A stretch of 64,000 bases of DNA, from NCBI RefSeq assembly GCF_009914755.1, contig NC_060925.1. One strand, given 5' to 3'. This DNA is from the human T2T-CHM13v2.0 reference genome, Homo sapiens. Of this stretch, positions 50,514 through 63,639 are shown in pieces. The notes beneath the pieces were generated by a model that was not told the origin of the DNA, searched no databases, and saw only the letters and a list, made by a program, of their open reading frames with translations. The position numbers and the translations under genes were made by a program. Position 1 is the first letter of the stretch; the number at the start of each line of letters is the position of its first letter.

Positions 50514-52832
50514 AAAGTATGGATATGAAGATGACTTACTTTTTCCTAAAGTAAAATGACTAGCTATTTAAGAAAGAGGAGATGTAGGATAAATTAAAAA
50601 GTCCAAGCATATTGTCAATGGTCTGAGTAAGTCATGATAAGGTTTATGAAAAGAAAATTTATGAAAGAAATTTTGTGTGTGATCAAGTTGGCTATAATTA
50701 TATGAAAATTATGGATGTCTTTTTGAAGATGAAACTTTAACATTAAAAATACACAACGTAAAACTTAACGAATTTTATTCCCTATGTTATAATAACAAAG
50801 CTTTCTTGAAGTATTAATTTGCTCTTAATACAATTGCAAGAGATTTCAATTTTTAATCCTGTAATCTTTCTTTTCAAAACTTCTTTTTATCAAGATAATT
50901 TCTACATTGTCTTTATTGGGACTTTGATTACTTAGAAAAACTGAGTTTTAAAAGGATTAATGTTTTTACATTCATGTAACTTCCTGTATTGCTTTTGAAG
51001 TCAACTTGACTCTGGTTAAATGAATACCTGTTACTTTACAATGACCTGTGATTATGCTTTGATCACATGTTTTGAAACTTTGATATCATGCAGATTTCCT
51101 CAGTATCAAAATCATTTATATTTATGGGTATGTTATTGATATAAATGTTCCAAAAATTATACAAATTCATAAAAATCTAATATGTTGTTTATAATTTTGA
51201 TTGTTAAAGTTTTTCTAAAATTATATTTGTGTGAATATGTTATTAATGTGAATATTCTAAAGATTCTAAAGAGCATGTGAAATTTACAAAAGTCTAAAGG
51301 TCCTCGTGTGATGCTGTTAGTCATGATTCTGGTTGTTTTCTTAAAATGCCGCATGTAATAGAAATAACTACATTCGTTTATCAATTAGAAACTTCCATCA
51401 GATTTTAACCATGGCTATTCTAACTTTTTGTCACCTACAGTTAATATTTTCAATTCTTCTCTAAAAATATTTGTAATCAACCAAGGTACAAAAATGCTTT
51501 TTATTGAAAAACTCTGACAAGTGCTCTTGAACACAGACTTCTGATAACTTTAAGATCAATGGACTAGAACTTTCAGAACTCTAATGAAAAACTGATGTAT
51601 TCATGAAAATTGCTAACCCAAAACCAAGCAGAACAAAAATTATATAGAACTAAACTGATGGAGGACTAAAGTGATTTTTTATGACTTTTTGTTTGAAACA
51701 GGGCTGATTCCTTTTATATTTTGTTTTCCAGCATCAAAAAAACAGTTTTTTTCTTTTGAGCTATTTATATTTTACAGTAATTGGGTAAAATATACTTCTA
51801 TAAGCAAAACTGAAACATTTACCTTTCTCTCTCTACTTGAATTATCCAGAATCTGGAAATTATTCCTAAGCATTCTTGTTTTATGACAATGTAGTTATTT
51901 GTATAAGTTCAATAAGAATCTTTATTTTTTTGGTAACAGGATACAGTGGAAACACTGGTTATTTTTCCAAAGCTTTAACTAGAACGTCATATTTTCAAAT
52001 AGGACAAAATTGCTTTAAGGAATTGAGATTGAAGCTAATAGACTTGGAAAAATATGGGCCTAATACTTTGTCTACACAATTTCCTTACAAGGTTTCTGAC
52101 CTTGTGGTAAGTAAAGAATGTTACTTTTGGACAGGTTTGGGAACCTCAAGATATTCTGGGGACCTCAAGAAGAGGGGAAGTCACCTAATCTGTGCTGGTA
52201 TTACAAGCACCGTCTGATAGTGAATCCTTGGGTTGGCTACTTAGGCTCAAGAGGCTTTTAAAAGTCCAACCCAAAATCTGTTATAAAAAAAGTTACAGCA
52301 AAGCTAATTTAAAAGGAGTCTCTATGGCCAATCACTATTCTTGCTGTACTTTACACGAATAACCAAGGCAAATACAATCTGACTAAAACTTATATGGCGA
52401 ACAAATTGGTCTCACTGTGATTTTTCTTTGGTAGAAAAAGGGACTGGAGAGAGAACTATCATGTTTCAGAAGATAACTATAGTATACCTGTTATTAGACT
52501 CTAGCCCTGACTGTTGTTTTTGAGTTTTAAAAATTTGCCCTTTTTTTGGACTGAATACTGGATTATCTCCTGGTTATAACATGTCTCTAAAGAAGAACTT
52601 GAAGTTGATTTTCTTCTTGATGATTTTAGTTGGCTCCCTAATGGTATAGGCTCTCTTTTTTCCATTCTGGCATACAAATTCTCCTTTTAATTCTAATCCT
52701 TATGTGAATTTTTTGCACTATGTAAATTATTAATACTATGTATGTCTCATTGTTTTACTTCTTCCAAGAAAACAAAAATCATGCAATTCTAAAGATTAGA
52801 GATGATTCAACAAGTGAGAGCAGCTATAAATT

Positions 52833-53054
52833 GATATCTTATTTAGTTGGTTACACTCAGGACTAACTCCTTTATTTTGTACTGGTCTTCAAGTTGTTAT
52901 TATTATAACCATAACCATAAATATAAACATAGTTGTCATTTTCCTGACTATTAAGTTACTCATTATTTTCATTTCTGCTTGCTTTAGATCAATGTCTAAA
53001 GCCAAAATCATGGTCACCCAGCAACTGGCAATGATTCATTATTCAGGAGAATAG
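52833..53054 (+). pseudogene. ERV env C-terminal remnant (membrane-proximal, TM, cytoplasmic tail)
   Basis: Stop-free frame DILFSWLHSGLTPLFCTGLQVVIII...IVVIFLTIKLLIIFISACFRSMSKAKIMVTQQLAMIHYSGE* just upstream of the PPT. Confidence 0.6.
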
Positions 53055-53744
53055 CATGTAGTCTTGTGTCCATGACCTACATTCCTAGCAATCTGCCTTA
53101 CCTGCAGTAACAAGGTTCTTTGCCCCCACTGAAGGATATGACTTTCTGAGAATGAGCTTTCCTAGCACCAAGGAATGAAGCAAGTCTATCACTGTAACCT
53201 AAGCAGAGATTGATCATCAATGCTTCTATGGGAAGATTTTGGATCAAAAACGGGAAATAAAAACCAGACGTCACTTTGACAGTTTAAAAGAAAACAGGCT
53301 TTCAAATTAATCTGCCTTGGGAAAGTCTTGTGATTCATGATGACACCTTCTTCTTGAGTAAAGAGTCTTGTCTTGAGTTCCTCAAATTGTTGATGTACTG
53401 ATTAATGCATAGCCTACTGACACTGAAAAGGATGCTGACTCATTTTTGAATTATAAAGTTTTACTAATTGTTTTGCATGCAGACATTTTAGCCTGTACAT
53501 TGCAATCTGTATCCAGTGATTGTAAACCTCTATATTGCACCCTCCAATGAAAAGAAAATCCAGTATGAGGAGTCCCCCTCCCTTCTCCTAATCTCTCCTA
53601 TAAAAGTTTTCCAACAGACTTCAAAACACTCTTAACTTTGATGGTGTGTTTTCTCAAGTTTATCCTCACATTTGGCTTTGGAGGAACCTGAATTAAATTA
53701 TTTTTATCTGAAAAGCCTTAATTTTAATTGACACATTAACTGGA

Positions 53745-54054
53745 TTTTTTAAATTTTTTATTTTTATTTTTTTGAGATTGGCTCTTACTCTGTCACCTGG
53801 GCTGGAGTGCAGTGGTGCAATCATGGCTCACTGCACCCTTGACCTTCCCAGGCTCAGGTGAACCCCCTACCTCAGCCTCCCAAGTAGCTTGATTACAGGC
53901 ACATGCCACTACACCTGGATAATTTTTGTATTTTTTGTAGAGACAGGGTTTCTCCATGTTTCCCAGACTGGTCTCAAACTCCTGGGTTTAAGCGATCTGC
54001 CCTCACTGCCTCCCAAAGTACCGCGATTACAGGTGTGAACCACCACACCTGGCC
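53745..54054 (-). mobile_element. AluJ
   Basis: caatcatggctcactgc, ctcctgggtttaagcgatc J diagnostics. Confidence 0.92.
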
Positions 54055-55662
54055 TACACACATTGATTGAGTTTTGATTGTTAAACTAATCTTGCCTTCA
54101 GAGGAAAGAGCCTACTTGTCATGATGCACTATACTCTCTATATGCTAGATTTGATTTACTAGTATTATGTTAAAGAGTTTTGTATTTTTATTCAAGGGAG
54201 TTATTTTTATATACTTTTCTTGTAATGTCCTTGTCCGGTTTTAACACCAGGTTTATCTTGTTCCCATAAAATGCATTGGGAAAGTTCCTCCTACTTTATT
54301 TTCTCAAAGAGTTTGTATAAAATTGATATTTATTCTTCTTTAAATGTTTGATAGAAGTCATGAATGGGACCATCTTAGCCTTGATGTTTCTTTGTGGAAA
54401 AATTTAAATAAGTTAAACATCCTTAACAGTTATAGGGCTATTCATATGTTCTATTACTTCTTGCATAATTTTTCACAATTTATATTATTAGTGGATTTTC
54501 TCTATTTTATTGAAATTGGCAACTTAATCAGCATAAAGTTTTTCATGATATTCCCTTATTAGTCTTTTGAGGTCTATAGGGTCTGTCATAATGTCCCTAT
54601 TCTATTCGTGATATTGGTAATTTGTGAGGGTTTTTTCTCTCTTTCTTTACTTGATCAGTCTTCACAGGGTTTATCACCTTAAAATTTTTTTTCAAAATCT
54701 ATTTTTTTAGCTCTTTTATTTTGTCCATTTCCTGTTTCTCATTTTATTGTTTTCCATTCGTTAATGTTTTCTTTTTTCTAATTAATTTAAATTAATTAGC
54801 TTTTCTTTTCCCAGCTTCTTTATTTAGAGGCTTAGATTGTTATTTATAAATCTTTCTTATTTTCTAATATAAGCATTTAAAGCTAGAAATTGCCCTCTAA
54901 GTGCAATTTTGACTGCATTCTACAAAATTTGATTTCATTCGCATTTTGCTTGAATTATATTCTTTTGAATATATTCATTTTGCTTTGAATTATATATATA
55001 ATTCAAGTGAAGCAATTTGCTTGAATTATATAGATTGCTTGTTTGACTAATAGATTATTTAGAAGTAGGTTTTTTAATTTCCAGATTCTGAGGTTTTCCA
55101 TGTATCTTTTGGTAACTGATTTCTATCTTAATTCTGTTATAGTCGTGGTAATATTCTGTATGATTAAGTTCTTCCAATTCTTGAGATTTGATTTATATCT
55201 CATCACATGATCCTGCTAGATAATTGTTCCATATGCCTTTGAAAAAAGTATTTTATGCAGGGTGTTGGTTGTTCTGTTATATAAATATCAAATAGATAAA
55301 GTTGGTTGATAGCATTAAGCAAATCTTCAATATTCTTATTGATTTTCTCTATTTATTGTATTAATGACTGAAAGAAGGATGGTTAAAAATCTCAAACTCT
55401 ATGGATTTGTCTCTTTTTCTCTTTAGTTCTGTGAATTTTTGCTTCATGCAGTTTAAAGATCTGTTATTAGGTGCAAATATATTTAAGATTGCCATATATT
55501 CTTAATAAATTGACCCCTTTATCATCATGGGATGTCCCTCTTTATCTCTGTTAATATTCCTTGTCTAGAAGTCTACTTTGTCTGATATTAATATAACCAC
55601 TAAGGAAATAATTGACTTTAATATGCTTTCTGTTTATTTTTCTCATTTGCCAATATACTGTC

Positions 55663-57925
55663 TGTATTAGTTGGTTCTCACGCTGCTAATAAAAACATAC
55701 CTGAGAGTGGGTAATTTATATAGGAAACAGGTTTAATTGATTCACAGTTCCATATGGCTGGGGAGGCCTCACAATCATGACTGAAGGCAAATGAAGAGCA
55801 AAGTCACATCTTACATGGCAGCAGGCAAGAGAATATGTGCAGGGGAATACCCATTTATAAAACCATCAGATCTTGTGAGACTTATCCACTACCACAAGAA
55901 GAGCATGGGAAATACCTGCTCCCATGATTTAATTACCTCCCACTGGGTCCCTGCCACAACACTTGGGAATTATGGGAGCTGCAATTGAAGATGAGATTTG
56001 GGTGGGAACACAGCCAAACCATATCATTCTGCCCCTGGCCCCTCCCAAATCTCATGTCCTCACATTCCAAAACCAATTATGCCTTCCCAACAGCCCCCCA
56101 AAGTCTTAACTCATTTCAGCATTAACTCAGAAGTCCACAGTCCAAAGTCTTCTCTGAGACAAGGCAAGTCTTTTCCACCTATTAGCCTGTAAAATAAAAA
56201 GCAAGTTAGTTACTTCCTAGATAAAACGGGGGTACAGGCAATGGGTAAATACATCCATTAAAATTGGAGAAATTGGCCAAAATGAAGGGACTGCAGGTGC
56301 CATGCAAGTCTGAAATCCAACAGGGCAGTCAAATCTTAAAGCTCCAAATGATCTCCTTTGACTCCATATCTCACATCTGGGTTGATGCAAGAGGTAGGTT
56401 CCCATAGTCCTGGGCAGCTCCACCTCTGTGACTTTGCAGGGTACAGCCTCTCTCCTGGCTACTTTCATGGGCTGGCATTGAATGTGTGCAGCTTTTCCAG
56501 ACATAAGGTGTAAGCTGTTGGTGGATCCACCATTCTGGGGTCTGGAGGACAGTGGCCCTCTTTGCACAGCTCCACCAGGCAGTGCCCCAGTGGGGACTGT
56601 GTGTGGGGGCTCCAAACCCACATTTACCTTCTGTACTGCTCTGGCAGAGCTTCTCCCTGAGGACCCCCCTCTGCAGCAAATTTAAGCCTGGACATCCAGG
56701 CATTTCCATATACCCTCTGAAATCTAGGCAGAGGTCCCCAAACTTTAATTCTTGTCTTCTGTGCATTTGCAGACTTAACACCATGTGGAAGCTGCCAAGG
56801 CTTGGGGCTTGCATACTCTGAAGCAACAGCCCAAGCTGTACCTTGGCCCATTTTTGCCAAAGCTGGAGTGGCTGGGATGCAGGGCACCAAGTACCTAGGC
56901 TGCACAGAGCAGGGGAGACCTGGGCCTGGCCCATGAAACCATTTTTTCCTTCTAGGCCTCTGGGTCTGTGATGGGAGGGGCTGCCGTGAAGACCTCTGAC
57001 ATGCCCTGGAGACGTTTTCCCCATTGTCTTGGCAATTAACATTTGGCTCCCTGTTATTTATGCAGGTTTCTGCTGGTGGCTAGAATTTCTCCCCAGAAAA
57101 TGGGTTTTTCTTTTCTACAGTGTCATCAGGCTGCAAATTTTCCAAACTTTTACGCTCTGCTTCCTCTTGAACCCTTTGCTGCTTAGAAATTTCTTCCTCC
57201 AGATACCCTAAATCATCTCTCTCAAGTTCAAAGTTCCACAGATCTCTAGTGCAGGGACAAAATACCACCAGTCTGTTTGCATAGCAAGAGTGACCTTTAC
57301 TCTATTTCCCAAGAAGTTCCTCATCTCCATCTGAGACCACCTCAGCTTGGACTTCCATGGTCCATATCACATCAGCATTTTGGTCATAGCCATTCAATAA
57401 GTCTCTAGGAAGTTCCAAACTTTCCCACCCACATTTTCTTATCTTCTTCTGATCCCTCCAAACTGTTCCAACCTCTGCCTGTTACCCAGTTCCAAAGTCA
57501 CTTTCACATTTTCGGGTATCTTTACAGCAGCACCCACTTCTGGTACCAATTTACTGTACTAGTCTGTTCTCATGCTGCTAATAAAGACATACCCAAGACT
57601 GGGTAATTTATAAAGGAAAAGGGTTTAATTGACTCACAGTTCCACATTGCTGGGGAGGCCTCACAGTCATGGCGGAAGGCAGATGAAGAGTAAAGTCATG
57701 TCTTACATGGCGGCAGGCAGGTGTGTGCAGGGGGACTCCCCTTTATAAAACCATCAGATCTTGTGAGACCTATTCACCATCATGAGAACAGCATGGGAAA
57801 TACCACCCCTCCCCCCGCCCCTGTGATTCAATGACCTCCCAGCAGGGCCCTCCGATGACATGTAGGAAATATGGGAGGTATAACCGAAGATGAGATTTGG
57901 GTGAGGACACAGCCAAACCATGTCA
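55663..57925 (-). mobile_element. Full-length THE1 (THE1C-like): LTR 55663-56026, internal 56027-57554, LTR 57555-57925
   Basis: Two LTRs bounded by tgta..ag and ccaaacca..tca, MaLR internal sequence, perfect 5-bp TSD CTGTC. Confidence 0.95.
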
Positions 57926-58449
57926 CTGTCCCTCCTGCTGACTTTTGTCAGGTAGTGTTAAATACATTGGTGAGGCACAGGTGGAGCGACGTACTGTTGG
58001 CCATTGCAGTTTTCTTAAAATCGGGCAGTGTTGAGACCAATGCAGGCTAGCAGCAAAATTAGTTTGTTGGTTTCAGGCTATATGAATAGGATGAGTTGGC
58101 TTTGTCTACCTTTGGAAATTTTTTTGACCTTGCTTCTGCCAGGCTAGTAGAGGTATCCTTTTGCCTGAGAAAGATTAAAACAGAAGTGTTTTTCAGGTGG
58201 TGTCAACTTGCTAAGAATTGTGAGTTTATTTTTCTTCAATTGTCTTTATTTTCAATATTTTTACATAGTAAAGTTCTATGGCATCTTGATTTCAAAAGTT
58301 GGAGATTCAGTGAACTGAAAGTTCCAGTGTGGGAGCCAGGAGAATGGCGTTTTCTGTTTGTTTGAAATTTGAAATGTCTGACTTCAGGCAAGTCTTTTAA
58401 AATGTATCCTAAAGAAAACAAAGATAATGATGTTTGCCCTAACTTACAA

Positions 58450-58630
58450 CTCATGGAATCTTATAATTGCATGTGGCCTTACCGATTATCTGCTCCCACC
58501 TGGAAATTTTATGTATGAGGAGACTGTGGTTTTGAGAGGCCAAATAACTTGCCTAAAGACATTCAGTTTGTTTATGGCAGGGCTAGAATTTGAACCTGAA
58601 GTCTTGTTACCAGTCTAATGTGATTTTTAT
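58450..58630 (-). mobile_element. MIR
   Basis: atgaggagactgtggttttgagaggccaaataacttgcctaagac...ctagaatttgaacctgaagtc. Confidence 0.7.
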
Positions 58631-58959
58631 CCAAATATGGTGAATTTAGAGAGCATTTAGAAAGACTCCAAGACTCCAAAATAATGAGTCTATACCTATA
58701 CATTGGCCAATGTAAGATATTAAATGATTTAAACATTTAAAAATTGCCTACGTGAATTTCAAAAAGTAGTGTTTATCTTTTATAGCTGAGTTTAAATTCA
58801 AGAAAATATGTCAAAAGAGCCTCATAAATATTTGTCAAGTATAAAATAATCTGTTTTAAAGAAGATATCATTCCCTTTATTACTGATGTAACAATGTCAA
58901 TTTTATAGCTTTCAGAAATTGTAAATGTTTCATTGGATCCTCACAAACAACACTATAAA

Positions 58960-59192
58960 AATAATAGCTAGTATTTATTGTCTACTATGTGCCAGACATT
59001 TTTCTAAGTATTTTATGTCTATTAACCTTGTCCTTCAAACCACCTTAGTTCCTATTATCGTCCTCATAAATGAGGAAACCAAGGCCCAGAGAGTTAAAGT
59101 AACTTGCTTGAGGTCACACAGCCTTCCAGAAGCAGAACTGATATCATCCCTAGAGTGGATACCTTAGTCATAGCCACTTTGCTATAGTGCCT
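58960..59192 (-). mobile_element. MIR
   Basis: aataatagctagtatttattg...atgaggaaaccaaggcccagagagttaaagtaacttgcttgaggtcacacagc. Confidence 0.8.
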
Positions 59193-60019
59193 CTCAGGTG
59201 AGCAGGGCAAAGTTTGTATAGATTGTTCTTTATCTTTCTTTTCTTCCTGCTGGAAGGTAGAGGACTGAAGACAGTCATTTTGTGTCTGGGTGGGGTCTTC
59301 AGTGGGGCCTTCTGAAGATTTTCCTTTGATTCTATGTTTTACACACTTTCTTTGCTCTCCATTGCAACCCTGTCTAAGCCACCTTGTTTGAGGTTGTGCT
59401 CTACTATGTATGCCATTTGCATATTTCTCTCAAGTTCCCCTTTCTGTTTCTTCTGTGTGTGTCCAGAAACTGGGTAGTGCATGTGTGCATCTCACAGTCT
59501 TTGCCTGCTAAAGTACTTCTTGCAGAATAGGGATTTTTAGCCATTTTTGTACTGGGATACCCATCTGGTTGACATTCTAATGCTTGATATACTTTCTTGG
59601 AAGCAGAGGTAAGATGCATGTGGATTACAGGCAATTCTCAGCACCTTAGGCTTTATTGTCCCTCCTTTCTCTCCAACACAAGAAATACAAGTGAGTGTGA
59701 GTGAGGGACTTATGGGCACAGCTGTTCATCTATCCTTGTGCATAGTGAAAGTGAATCATCCTCACTACTTAGTGTTTTTAAAAAATAATCATTTACTTGT
59801 CTCAACCCTTACCATAGATTGTGTACCCTGGGTCTCAATAGTGTGCTTGGTTACAAACTGCTGCTTTGGAAAGATCTCTTAATTATGAAGTAAGATGGTT
59901 AGGTTTGGTGATTGCTAAGATTGCTTTTAGCTTTAACATTCTATGGTTTCCTCACATTGTGCCAGAAGGTCCCACATCATTGTGGTAGTGGACAACTAGG
60001 TTGCTTCTGAGAGACCTAG

Positions 60020-60483
60020 TGTTGTGGGTTGAATTGTGTCCCCCCACTCCAACAAAATATGTTCAAATCCTTACCACTGGTACCTGTGAATGTAATCTTA
60101 CTTAGAAATAGTGTTTTTCAGATGTAATCAAGTTAAGATGTGGTCATACTGGATTATGGTAGACCTTAATTCAATGGCCAGTATCCTTATAAAAAGAGGG
60201 AAATTTGGACAGACACAAAGAGGGCACTATGTGACAATGGGGGCAGAGATTACAGTGATGCACCTGCAAGTCAAGGAACACCAAGAATTGCCAGCAACCA
60301 CTAGAAGCTAGGAGACAGGCATAGAGCAGATTCTCTCTCAGAACTTCTAGGAGGAGCCTCTTGATCTGCTGACCTCTTGATTTTGGACTTCCAGCTTCCA
60401 GAACTTCAAGACAATAGATTTCTATTGTTTTAAGCTACCCAGTGTGTGATCATTTGTTATGGCAGCCCCAGGAAACTAATACA
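60020..60483 (+). mobile_element. MLT1C-like MaLR solo LTR
   Basis: TGTTGTGGGTTGAATTGTGTCCCC...ggcagccccaggaaactaatACA; TSD cctag/ccttg. Confidence 0.9.
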
Positions 60484-61851
60484 CCTTGCAAACTTTGGGT
60501 TAGTTGATCCTGACCCATGTTTAAAGTTCTGTGTTCAGACACCCCTTTCATGTGCTCTGTAACAGGACGTGGCTCTCTAGCAGGCGTGTGCTTGAAAATT
60601 CGAGCTCTGGAGCATCTTCTTCTGACTTCTCCCCATGGGAAGCCTCCAGTCTTTCTGGTCTTTCTGAGGCACTTGCTTTTCAGTTTTCTTCATAGTTGAT
60701 TCCCATAGATTCTCGTGACCAGCTCCTACTGTGGTCCTTCTGTGGGAATTATTTCAAACCTAGACTGGAACTGAGGAGATATTTAGGAAACAATTCCTGA
60801 CTCCCTTTAGCTGATGTAATTTTAATTTATAATTTTTATGTCAGAGTGATTACCATGAAATTATTTAAAAGAAAGACATTATCCAACAGTCTCATGACAG
60901 TGTCATTTTATGCTGATGGGGTAATTTGTCCCTTTAGAAACAATTATTTCTTGAATAATTACTTTGGGTACCAAGTGACAGGCTCAGACTATTTTGGGAC
61001 CCTGTGGCCTTGTCTCATGACATGCATTTACCTTGAGGATAAGGCGTGTGGCAGGTATTGCCTGTGACTCATTGCTCTTCTGCAGTTTGCTGCACTGTTC
61101 CTGTCTTTAGCAGATAGCAGCATTTGACGATGATGGCTTGGAAGAATTGCTGCCAATATGATTCTTATGTAAGACTGGCATAGAGGAATGTCCTCGTTCC
61201 TTACTAAGCGTCTTTTTGCTCAAACCAGGTTTTTTTTTTTTTTTGGTTGACAGCCCAGGAAATTCACTAGATGTGGGGAAATATGAGTTAGCCAAGTATT
61301 ACATTTGATCATTTTATGTAAGGCTTCCAACTTGAAGCTGCCTCACTTAAATTAATAAGGGTTAAAATAAAGTTATCTTTATTTATGATTCTGAAGATAC
61401 AACTTTAACAAACTATATATTGATTTGTACTAAAAGGAGTAAAGAGACATGGATTATTTAAATCTATGTTAAAATATTTATGAAAACTTTCAAAATCTAC
61501 AAAACCCAGTGCATTTTCAGGGTGACAACAAGTGCGCTAAAATAACATTCAATCTTCTTGATTCCACATTCCATCTTGTCCCCACCTTCTCCCAGACAGA
61601 CCTACATTAAGAGTCTATTGTGTATCCCATCTCGCTTTTGGTGGCCTCTGTTCTAATGCCAAATTTTCCACAGATTCTCTGTTTCAAAACCCATAGCTAA
61701 TCTCTGAGAGCCAGGTTTTCAATGTTTAAGAGCTGGAAATACTATTTTAGTAATATTGCATTTTGAATATCCAAAGTTCTATGAAGACAAGGATGATATG
61801 CCCAATGCTTACTGTGCTGAACGAAGGTGCAAATGTTCCTCTTTACCAAAG

Positions 61852-62659
61852 CAGTCATTTGGCTGCATAGTGACATTTCGGTCAACAACAGACTGCATAT
61901 AAGGTGGTGGTCCTATAAGATTATAGTAGAGCTGAAAAATTTTTCTCACCGAGTGACATCTTGATGATCCCAATACTCTGTAAACCTAGGCTAATGTACG
62001 TGTCTGTGTCTTAGTTTTTAACAAAAAAAGTTTTAAAAGTAACAAATAAAAATTAAAAAGTTCTAAATATGGAAAAAAAATGTATAGAGTGAGAATATAA
62101 AGAAAATATTTTTGTACCACTGACAATGGGTTTGTGTTTTAAACTAAGTGTTATTAAAACAGAGTCAAAAAGTTAAAAAATTTTAAATGTTTATAAAATA
62201 AAGTTATAGTAAGCTAAGTTTAATTTATTATTGAAGAAAGATTTTTTTTAATAAATTGAGTGTAGGCTAAGTATACCTTTTCATAAAGTCTACAGTAGTA
62301 TACAGTAATGTCCTAGGCCTTCACATTCACTCGCTACTCACTCACTTACCCAGAGCAACTTCCTGCAAGCTCCATTCACAGTCAGTGCCCTATACAGGTG
62401 TGCCACTTTTAATCTTTTACACTGTATTTTATTATACCTTTTATATGTTTAGATATGTTTAGGTACACAAATACTTATCATTGTGTTACAGTTGCCTGCA
62501 GTAACTGTATGGTAACAGACCGTCTAGACTAGGTGTGTAGTGGGCTATATATACCCTTTGGGCTTGTGAAAATGCACTCTATGATGTTCACACAATGATG
62601 AAATGGCCTAACAATGCATTTCCCAGAACATATCCTTGTCGTTAAGTGGCACATGACTA
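61852..62659 (+). mobile_element. Tigger3b-like TcMar DNA transposon
   Basis: cagtcatttggctgcatagtgacatttcggtcaac...gttaagtggcacatgact TIR-like ends. Confidence 0.88.
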
Positions 62660-63639
62660 TAATTCTTATCTCCAGTTTATATGAAAAAATTAACATTCAG
62701 GTAGGTTAAATTAATTGCTCTCAAATATATAAAATAGCAGAAAAACAGGAAGATTGTTCTGTTCCAAAGGCCCCTGATTTCATATCAAGAGTTGATAGTT
62801 TGAGAACCTACTCTTAAAAGAAAAAAATTTTGGCCGAAATATTAGAATGTAATGCAATCCTACTAATTAATAAGTTTTATTTATTTTGGCAAATACACAA
62901 TTTAATTACTTTACTAGATGTTAGCTGCAAACTGCTTAGCTCCTTTGGAGTTTTTCAAATGTGCAGAAAACCTCAGGTGGAAGAGCCCAAAGCAAAACAC
63001 ACCGCTTTTTCCTGATAATGGCATTTTCCAGACGTCATTTTCCCAGCTGTCAGAGTGTGATAAAAGGCTTGGGTTTAAAAACTTGACCTAAGACTTACCT
63101 GGGTGTTGCCCAGCAGAAATATGGGTTTCATTAAATTAGCAACAGATCTGAAAGCCAGAATGAAAAAGCAAGCTAATTCCCAAAGTCAGTGTTTTGTCCC
63201 CATAACAACCTGCAGGTGTCTGAGGACCATAGAAATCAGCTTAATGTAATTTTTCCATTTTTCTCTGCTCAGGTTCTGAGATGGCAACTGCTGGTTTCAT
63301 TTGTCTGGAGATTTCATCTTTCAGAGCTGTCAAGGATTTTAGTGGCTATAAGGAGAGAACTCTGATGATAAAGTTTATTGATTCATGACTGCATTCATAT
63401 AAAACACTAAATGGAATTTTGAATGGCAAGAAACATGTTTTGTACATTCAATAAATGAGAATCTGTGTATCATGAAAATGGTAACACTTAGTATGATAAT
63501 TTTCAGTTTATAAAGTGTTTTATTTAATTCTGACAATAATCCTGTAAGGTAGCTGAGTTGTTGAGTTATAGTAGCACTCAGTGTATACCCTTCAACCCCT
63601 GCCACAAACACACAAATGCATGTTCAGTTTTCTTTCATA

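Larger units (their letters stand above)
46967..53733 (+). mobile_element. Two-LTR ERV1 (MER4-group-like) provirus; 5' LTR 46967-47464, 3' LTR ~53258-53733
   Basis: Homologous LTRs sharing gagttcctcaaattgttgatgtactgattaatg.., PBS after 5' LTR, PPT aaaaacgggaaa before 3' LTR, 4-bp TSD CATT, gag/pol/env remnants. Confidence 0.88.

Noticed and set aside
56371-57042. 223-aa ORF, the longest in the window
   Set aside because: It lies wholly within THE1-internal sequence, where such frames are common and carry no recognisable domain.
63245-63375. Strong acceptor ttttttctctgctcag as a coding exon
   Set aside because: No convincing donor and no recognisable peptide in any frame.
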